In this document: positions 57,213 to 63,887 of the stretch, piece after piece | Numbering within the stretch: position 1 is the first letter of the stretch | How the letters are laid out: each line of letters starts with the position of its first letter | Source: a virus | Lineage: Duplodnaviria; Caudoviricetes | Direction: 5' to 3' (one strand) | Virus record (IMG/VR): IMGVR_UViG_3300032335_001357 | Location: 1 to 63,887 of that record | DNA: 63,887 bases | Notes under the pieces: generated by a model | Seen by the model: the letters and a program-made list of their open reading frames with translations, nothing else | The model's database searches: none | Told to the model about the DNA's origin: nothing | Program-made: the position numbers and the translations under genes

Positions 57213-59873
57213 ATGAGTTACATCGACGCACTATTTGATCGTGAACACGATCGCATTCATGTTGTGGAACGCCGAGACGGTGTTAGACACTATCAAGAGT
57301 ATCCAGCCAACTACATCTTTTACTACGACGATGCCCGTGGCAAGTTTCGAAGCATCTATGGCACACCAGTGAGCCGCTTCAGTACTAGAAACAACAAAGA
57401 GTTTCGCAAAGAAGTACGCATACAGAGCGGCAAGCAACTGTACGAGAGCGATATCAATCCTATCTTTAGATGCTTGGAAGAAAACTACAAGGATCGTGAC
57501 GCTCCTCAACTGCACACAGCGTTTTTTGACATTGAGGTAGATTTTGACAAGGATCGTGGTTTCTCTCCCGTGGAGGACCCATTCAATCCCATCACAGCCA
57601 TATCAGTATATTTAGACTGGTTGGATCAGTTGGTTACACTGGTACGGCCACCACGTCACATGAGTCTTGAAACTGCAAGAGAAATTGCTGCTGAGTTTGA
57701 CAACACCATTGTGTTCACTGACGAAGGCGAAATGATCAAGACTTTTCTGGACTTGATTGAAGATGCTGATGTGCTGAGTGGCTGGAACTCAGAAGGCTAT
57801 GACATTCCCTACACCATCAATCGAGCCACACGACTGCTCAGCAAAGATGACACACGACGTTTTTGCCTCTGGGGGCAACTGCCCAAGAAGCGCATGTTTG
57901 AACGCTTTGGTGCCGAGCAAGAAACCTATGACCTAGTAGGACGGGTGCACATGGACTACATGCAACTGTATCGCAAATACACTTATGAAGAGCGACACAG
58001 CTACAGTCTTGACGCTATCCTGGAGTACGAAGGCCTTGAAGGCAAAACCAAGTTTGAAGGAACCTTGGATCAACTGTACAATCAAAACTTTCGTACGTTT
58101 ATCACGTACAACCGACAAGACGTCAACGGTATTGCACAGATGGACAAAAAACTACAGTTCCTGAGCTTGGCCAACGAACTGGCACATGCCAATACAGTGT
58201 TGCTGCAAACCACCATGGGTGCTGTGGCTGTGACCGAACAGGCCATCATCAACGAAGCACACGAACGTGGCATGGTGGTGCCCAATCGCAAACAGAGACT
58301 CACAGACGAAAACACTCAAGCTGCAGGTGCTTATGTGGCCTATCCCAAGAAGGGTGTACATGAGTGGATTGGTTCAGTGGACATCAACAGCCTGTATCCG
58401 TCGGCCATTCGTGCCTTGAACATGGGTCCAGAAACCATTGTGGGTCAGCTGAGACCCATCATGACTGATCGCTACATTCAAGACAAACAGGCCAAGGGTT
58501 CTAGCTTTGCTGATGCCTGGGAAGGATTGTTTGGCAGTTTGGAATACACTGCGGTGATGAAGCAGGAACGTGGCACCGAAATCACTGTTGATTGGCAAGA
58601 CGGCGAACAAACTGTGCACTCTGCCGCTGAAGTATGGAAAATGATTTTTGACAGTAATCAGCCTTGGATCTTGAGTGCCAATGGTACCATATTCAACTAT
58701 GACAAAAAAGGTGTGGTGCCAGGCTTGTTGGAGAGATGGTATGCTGAACGCAAAGAACTGCAAGCAAAAAAGAAAGACGCCACAACCCCCAAGGATATTG
58801 CATTCTGGGACAAGCGACAGTTGGTCAAGAAGATTAACCTCAACAGTCTCTACGGCGCTATTCTTAACCCGGGCTGTAGATTCTTTGACAAACGTATTGG
58901 ACAGTCAACGACCCTTACTGGTCGAAACATTGCCCGACACATGGATGCATATCTCAATGAGTGCATCACGGGTGAATATGACCACACTGGGCAAGCTATC
59001 ATCTACGGAGATACAGACTCTTGCTACTTCAGTGCGTGGCCTGCGCTTAAAGCCGAAGTTGAACAAGGTAGGATGGAATGGAGCAAAGAAACATGCATTG
59101 CACTGTATGACAGTCTTGCTGAGCAAGTCAACTCTAGTTTTCCGGCATTCATGGAGCAAGCGTTTCACTGTCCCAGAGACATGGGGTCGTTGATCAAGGC
59201 TGGTCGTGAAACTGTGGCTGATCGAGGCCTGTTTATCACCAAGAAACGCTATGCGGTGAACGCCATCGACATTGAAGGCAAGCGACTGGATGTCAATGGC
59301 AAACTGGGCAAGACCAAGGCCACAGGTCTGGATCTCAAGCGATCAGACACGCCCAAGGTCATACAAGAGTTCTTGTTGGAGATTCTCAACAAGTTGCTGG
59401 CCGGCTTGGGCAAGGATGAAATTGTAGAACGCATACGTGAATTCAAGTATGAGTTTCAAGAACGGCCAGGCTGGGAAAAAGGTTCGCCCAAACGTGTCAA
59501 CAACTTGACCAAGTATGGCAAGGAAGAAGAGCGCCTGGGCAAAGCCAACATGCCAGGTCATGTGCGAGCTGCATTGAATTGGAACACACTGCGCCGCATG
59601 CACGGTGACAACTACAGCATGCAGATTGTGGATGGCATGAAAGTGATTGTGTGCAAACTCAAGTCCAATGCATTGAACTGGACTTCGGTGGCCTACCCCA
59701 CTGACGAGCTAAACTTGCCGGCCTGGTTCCGTGAGCTGCCGTTTGATGATGCTGAAATGGAAGCCACGGTGATTGACGGCAAAGTTGAAAACCTCTTGGG
59801 GGTACTGAACTGGGACTTGTCAGCGGCCACCAACACACAAAACACATTCAACAGTTTGTTCTCATTTGAATGA
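57213..59873 (+). CDS. Family B DNA polymerase (T4 gp43-like)
   Basis: Exonuclease motifs FDIEV, GWNS.GYD, YNRQD; polymerase motifs DINSLYPS, KINLNSLYG, YGDTDS, KKRY. Confidence 0.97.
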   Translation: MSYIDALFDREHDRIHVVERRDGVRHYQEYPANYIFYYDDARGKFRSIYGTPVSRFSTRNNKEFRKEVRIQSGKQLYESDINPIFRCLEENYKDRDAPQLHTAFFDIEVDFDKDRGFSPVEDPFNPITAISVYLDWLDQLVTLVRPPRHMSLETAREIAAEFDNTIVFTDEGEMIKTFLDLIEDADVLSGWNSEGYDIPYTINRATRLLSKDDTRRFCLWGQLPKKRMFERFGAEQETYDLVGRVHMDYMQLYRKYTYEERHSYSLDAILEYEGLEGKTKFEGTLDQLYNQNFRTFITYNRQDVNGIAQMDKKLQFLSLANELAHANTVLLQTTMGAVAVTEQAIINEAHERGMVVPNRKQRLTDENTQAAGAYVAYPKKGVHEWIGSVDINSLYPSAIRALNMGPETIVGQLRPIMTDRYIQDKQAKGSSFADAWEGLFGSLEYTAVMKQERGTEITVDWQDGEQTVHSAAEVWKMIFDSNQPWILSANGTIFNYDKKGVVPGLLERWYAERKELQAKKKDATTPKDIAFWDKRQLVKKINLNSLYGAILNPGCRFFDKRIGQSTTLTGRNIARHMDAYLNECITGEYDHTGQAIIYGDTDSCYFSAWPALKAEVEQGRMEWSKETCIALYDSLAEQVNSSFPAFMEQAFHCPRDMGSLIKAGRETVADRGLFITKKRYAVNAIDIEGKRLDVNGKLGKTKATGLDLKRSDTPKVIQEFLLEILNKLLAGLGKDEIVERIREFKYEFQERPGWEKGSPKRVNNLTKYGKEEERLGKANMPGHVRAALNWNTLRRMHGDNYSMQIVDGMKVIVCKLKSNALNWTSVAYPTDELNLPAWFRELPFDDAEMEATVIDGKVENLLGVLNWDLSAATNTQNTFNSLFSFE

Positions 59874-60811
59874 AAACCAGCGACCTAGTTTACTATCGCA
59901 ATCACTTGCATGACTGGCACCCAGATCCTTGGTGCTGGGGCGCTCGCAATCATTTGCAGAATCTCATTGAATACGTGAGAGTCAGCCCGGTACAGATTGG
60001 CAACACTGCTGAACAACTTGGCGCACATCTTGCAAGAGTCACGCAAGGTGTCAATGATTACTATGACACTGTTCAAGCATTGGACCGCCAGCTCACTGCC
60101 TTGATTTGTGACAGCGAACAAGAATTGTATCGTGACAGTGACGAAGCATGGCATCTGTTGCCCTTGACTGAAAACACTGAAAAAATACTCACTCGCACGC
60201 TCAATCACCACGCTGAAGATCTTGAAGCCATGATGGCAGTGATCAAAACTGCTGCAGACTGGCGTTGTCCTGGCCTGGTGTTGCGTCCCAGTCGTGAACA
60301 ATTTGTTGAACATTTGGTGGCTTTGGATCCACTGTATCTTGTGGACATACGACAAGATCTTTTGATGCCAGCTCGCACACGATTCAACGAGCAATATCAA
60401 CGTCGACTGCGACTATACGAGCACGATCCCAGACAACCCTTTATGCTGAGTCATTTGCCCCAAGCACAGATGGGTTTGATCTTTGTCTGGAACTACTTCA
60501 ACTATGTTCCGCTCACAGTGCTGTATCAATATTTGGAAGCAGTTGCGTCACTGCTGAGACCAGGTGGTGTAGCTGTGTTTACGTTCAATGACTGTGATCG
60601 CGGTCATGGTGTAGCATTGGCCGAGCAACACTTCATGAGCTATACCCCAGGTCATCTTGTGCAAAATCGTGTACGTGAACTGGGTTTGGAAATCACGCAC
60701 TTGGTTACAGCTCAGGCTGACCTCACATGGATGGCTGTGCGTCGTCCAGGTGAAATCACCAGCCTGCGTGGTGGACAAAGTTTGGCCAAAATAGTTGCGC
60801 GGTCTAAATAA
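59870..60811 (+). CDS. Methyltransferase-fold protein with coiled-coil N-terminus
   Basis: WNYFNY, LLRPGGVAVFTFND; the SAM motif I appears degenerate. Confidence 0.6.
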   Translation: MKTSDLVYYRNHLHDWHPDPWCWGARNHLQNLIEYVRVSPVQIGNTAEQLGAHLARVTQGVNDYYDTVQALDRQLTALICDSEQELYRDSDEAWHLLPLTENTEKILTRTLNHHAEDLEAMMAVIKTAADWRCPGLVLRPSREQFVEHLVALDPLYLVDIRQDLLMPARTRFNEQYQRRLRLYEHDPRQPFMLSHLPQAQMGLIFVWNYFNYVPLTVLYQYLEAVASLLRPGGVAVFTFNDCDRGHGVALAEQHFMSYTPGHLVQNRVRELGLEITHLVTAQADLTWMAVRRPGEITSLRGGQSLAKIVARSK

Positions 60812-60823
60812 AATCGTTACAAT
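60795..60823 (+). promoter_or_regulatory. Sigma70-like promoter with a late TAAATA nested in its spacer
   Basis: TTGCGC, 17-nt spacer, TACAAT; TAAATA at 60805-10. Confidence 0.55.
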
Positions 60824-60844
60824 TTACTATCAAGGAGAACTTCA

Positions 60845-61567
60845 ATGAGAGATTATTTACTGGATCTAGTCAGTCATACCCTGGACCTTGGGTGCATCGA
60901 CCTAATCAAGATTCAAGGTACCGACAGTGAGACCACCGTCCAGGCCCTGGCCGAAGACAACAGTGTGGTGATTCAAGGTCGTTTTCACAACCCCGTGGCC
61001 GACTTTGTGGGCACATTTGGCATGCCCAACTTGGCCAAACTCAAGATCCTGCTGAATCTACAGGAGTATCGAGAGAATGCTGTGCTCACGCTCACACGCA
61101 ACAATGTTGGTGCTGCTGACGGTATCCAATTTGAAAACGCTACCAGCGACTTTCGCAACAACTATCGCTTTATGAGTCAGGCTGTGGTAGATGAAAAACT
61201 CAAGAACGGCAAGATGCGAACCCTAAACTGGCACATTGAGTTTGAACCCACTGTGGCTGCTGTGCAGAGACTCAAGATGCAGGCACAGGCCAATGCAGAA
61301 GAAACTGTGTTCAAGGCCAAGACCGAAAATGGTGACCTTAAGTTTTTGTTTGGTGACCACAGCACACACGCCGGGGCGTTTGTGTTCCAGCCTGGTGTAA
61401 ATGGTTCACTCAAGCGAGCCTGGGCTTGGCCAGTCACACAGTTCATGAGTATCTTGGCTCTCAGCGGTGACAAGACCATTCGCATCAGCGATGAAGGTGC
61501 TGCACAGATCACTGTGGACACTGGCTTGGCTGTGTACAACTATATCTTGCCTGCACAGAGCAAGTGA
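60845..61567 (+). CDS. Probable DNA sliding clamp (gp45/PCNA-like)
   Basis: 240 aa, alternating beta/alpha pattern, FGMPNLAKL..LL and C-terminal YNYILPA; near the polymerase gene. Confidence 0.6.
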   Translation: MRDYLLDLVSHTLDLGCIDLIKIQGTDSETTVQALAEDNSVVIQGRFHNPVADFVGTFGMPNLAKLKILLNLQEYRENAVLTLTRNNVGAADGIQFENATSDFRNNYRFMSQAVVDEKLKNGKMRTLNWHIEFEPTVAAVQRLKMQAQANAEETVFKAKTENGDLKFLFGDHSTHAGAFVFQPGVNGSLKRAWAWPVTQFMSILALSGDKTIRISDEGAAQITVDTGLAVYNYILPAQSK

Positions 61568-62319
61568 TGCAGCCCAACATACTGTCCTACAACGAAACTG
61601 AGTTTCGTGATAGATTTCAGCAAACTGAAATCTATCAGCAGCTGAGTCAAGACTTTGATCATATCAGTTTTGACAACACTGTGGATTGGGATCTGCCGCC
61701 TACTCCACGAGAACGATTAGCTACACGACGCCAATCGTTGTTTAGTGCAGTGTCATTCTATTATTTAGAATTTCTTACCAAACACAATCCCAAACAAATA
61801 CTTGATATTGGCTGTGGTGCAAACTATTTCAAACGCTACATACCAAACATAGTTGGCATGGGAGCCGAACCACTAGACAACTATTTCTATCGTGGCGATG
61901 TGCACGGCGAATTCAATCATGACTGGGCACAGGCCAATCAAGGCAAGCTGGAAAGTTTTTTTTCTATTTGCTCACTGCATTTTGTACCACTGAATGATTT
62001 GAGACAGCGTATGTTAGAGATAGCATCAACTCTAGCACCCAATGGTCGGGCATACATAGCCATGAACACTGCTCGCATGTGCGAACGCATGTGGTGGCAT
62101 CAACCCAGTGAGAAACATCTATTTGGTCAATCAGTTGACGTGCATACCGCAGATCGAATCATTCGTGAACAGCTGAGTAACATGCCGTTCACTTACGAAG
62201 TGTTTGATATTGACATTACGGTTTCGTGCCACAAAGATCGACGTGACGACTACTGTCCCAAGTTTGACAACATGGTAGACGGCAACATAAGAATGGTGAT
62301 ATGGAACAACAAGACCTAA
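61567..62319 (+). CDS. Class I SAM-dependent methyltransferase
   Basis: ILDIGCG, CSLHF, LAPNGR. Confidence 0.8.
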   Translation: MQPNILSYNETEFRDRFQQTEIYQQLSQDFDHISFDNTVDWDLPPTPRERLATRRQSLFSAVSFYYLEFLTKHNPKQILDIGCGANYFKRYIPNIVGMGAEPLDNYFYRGDVHGEFNHDWAQANQGKLESFFSICSLHFVPLNDLRQRMLEIASTLAPNGRAYIAMNTARMCERMWWHQPSEKHLFGQSVDVHTADRIIREQLSNMPFTYEVFDIDITVSCHKDRRDDYCPKFDNMVDGNIRMVIWNNKT

Positions 62320-63842
62320 CAGCACGCCAGCAAGACTACGCTATCTTCTTGCCGGCCATATCAGGCTTCTACGCAACCTATATAGGCAAGCAACGCCACG
62401 GTGTATATGTAGAGACTGCTCGTATGCCCAAGCAACTACCAGACATGGAACAACTAAATTGGCTCAACCCCAACAAAGGACTGTTCCCGTATCGCTGGAG
62501 TCTGTATTCAGCTGGGCACGCTGACTTGGATCTCACTCGGGCTAGTCCCAAGGAGGACATGATTCGCTGTCGCGATCCCAACACTTTGATCTTGTGTGAC
62601 TCGGGCGGATTCCAGATTGCCAAGGGTGTATGGGAAGGCGACTGGAAGGCCAATTCTGGTTGTCCCCGGGCACAGAAAAAGCGAGAAGCAGTGCTGAAGT
62701 GGCAAGATGGCATTGCTACTTATGGACTCACACTAGACATTCCAACATGGACCAGCAAGTGGCCTGGCTCATCGGCCAAGACCGGAATCCGCAACTATCA
62801 AGATGCTGTGGAGGCCACTATCTACAACAACGAGTACTTCATTGCCAATCGTCAAGGCGTAGACAACGGTGGTGCTCGATTGCTCAACGTGTTGCAAGGT
62901 GCTAACCATGTGGAAGCCGACTCATGGTATGACATCATGAAGAAGTATTCAGATCCTCGGCAGTATCCTGGACGACACTTCAATGGTTGGGGCATGGGTG
63001 GACAAAACATGTGTGATGTACACTTGGTGTTGCGTCGACTGGTAGCGTTGATTCACGACGGTTTGTTAGAGCCTGGCGTGCATGATTGGATGCACTTCCT
63101 GGGCACATCAAAACTGGAATGGGCTTGCTTGCTCACAGACATCCAACGAGCAGTGCGTGAATATCACAATCCCAACTTTACCATCTCGTTTGACTGTGCG
63201 TCACCATTTTTGGCCACAGCCAATGGCCAGCTGTATTATCAAAGCATCTTCCCCAGTCGTGACAAGTGGACCTATAGAATGGCGCCCACTGCTGACAACA
63301 AAAAGTATGCCACAGACAATCGCAGTTTCCGTGACGCTGTGTTGCAAGACGGGATTCACCATGCGTTTGATGATTCGCCCATATCATCTCGACTGAAAAT
63401 TTCAGATGTATGTGTGTATCAACCAGGTGACCTCAACAAGAACGGCAAAGAAGGCAAAACATCCTGGGACAGTTTCAGCTACGCACTCATGATGGGCCAC
63501 AATGTTTGGCACCACATCAATGCTGTGCAAACTGCCAACGAACTGTATGATCAAGGCATCCGACCTGGTATGTTGGCTGGTGAGCGTGACTCAAGTTTTG
63601 ATTTCCGTAACATTGTGGACGATGTGTTCCGCCAAAAGGATAGACAACGCAGTCTAGATCGTATAGAATACTATGAACGTGCATTTGATTTGATCATTGG
63701 CACACGTGGTTTCACTGGCAAGCGATTGGTTTCGGCAAGACCCATGTACAATGCACTGTTTGAAATTGAAGACGAACCAGTCACAACTGATCCTGACAAC
63801 CTAGACAGCGACAAACTAGACGCCTTGGAGCAATCACTATGA
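62301..63842 (+). CDS. tRNA-guanine transglycosylase-like protein (DpdA-type DNA base-exchange candidate)
   Basis: CDSGGFQI, TLDIP, NVLQG, GWGMGG, HFLG, ISFDCASP follow the TGT barrel motif order. Confidence 0.75.
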   Translation: MEQQDLTARQQDYAIFLPAISGFYATYIGKQRHGVYVETARMPKQLPDMEQLNWLNPNKGLFPYRWSLYSAGHADLDLTRASPKEDMIRCRDPNTLILCDSGGFQIAKGVWEGDWKANSGCPRAQKKREAVLKWQDGIATYGLTLDIPTWTSKWPGSSAKTGIRNYQDAVEATIYNNEYFIANRQGVDNGGARLLNVLQGANHVEADSWYDIMKKYSDPRQYPGRHFNGWGMGGQNMCDVHLVLRRLVALIHDGLLEPGVHDWMHFLGTSKLEWACLLTDIQRAVREYHNPNFTISFDCASPFLATANGQLYYQSIFPSRDKWTYRMAPTADNKKYATDNRSFRDAVLQDGIHHAFDDSPISSRLKISDVCVYQPGDLNKNGKEGKTSWDSFSYALMMGHNVWHHINAVQTANELYDQGIRPGMLAGERDSSFDFRNIVDDVFRQKDRQRSLDRIEYYERAFDLIIGTRGFTGKRLVSARPMYNALFEIEDEPVTTDPDNLDSDKLDALEQSL

Positions 63843-63887
63843 ATCGAGAAGGTCACGACGCAGTGAGATTTTTTTGCGGAGTCGAAG
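63839..63887 (+). CDS. Start of the next gene (truncated by the window edge)
   Basis: ATGA overlap; MNREGHDAVRFFCGVE open to the end of the window. Confidence 0.55.
   Translation, partial: MNREGHDAVRFFCGVE

Noticed and set aside
57213-59873. Intron or intein in the DNA polymerase
   Set aside because: 886-aa uninterrupted ORF with normally spaced motifs.
1-63887. Stop-codon reassignment
   Set aside because: Known genes are full length in code 11, and TAA, TGA and TAG (e.g. 36712-14) all end genes.

Overview
This is a gene-dense 64-kb segment, mostly on the + strand and in standard genetic code, from a large T4-like (myovirus-type) dsDNA bacteriophage. The host is probably Gram-negative, inferred from the spanins and consensus sigma70 promoters. 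Recognisable content: Gly/Asn/Thr-rich virion fibre genes and an S8 protease; replication genes (family B DNA polymerase, clamp-loader subunit, probable sliding clamp, DsbA-like protein, and a truncated DnaE-like ORF); PhoH, GroES, DnaJ, ClpA and Dps; a lysis cassette (spanins, GH19 endolysin, holin-like gene); a TctA/TctC transporter cluster; several radical-SAM, glycosyltransferase and methyltransferase genes; and a TGT/DpdA-like gene. The most notable observations are: (1) an ~87-nt structured intergenic element (54569-54655) with five colinear blocks complementary to the structured 5' leader of the DNA polymerase gene 2.5 kb downstream, a candidate sRNA or long-range RNA switch; (2) a family of probable capsid-packaged, Glu-cleaved polyproteins with MRAxEF-type leaders, whose modules in one gene are delimited by a conserved DNA repeat (AAGGTGTGGCGGAAG, GVAE); (3) TAAATA late promoters placed for leaderless mRNAs, plus one T4-style SD-sequestering hairpin. 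All functional calls come from motif recognition by eye; no database searches or folding calculations were run.
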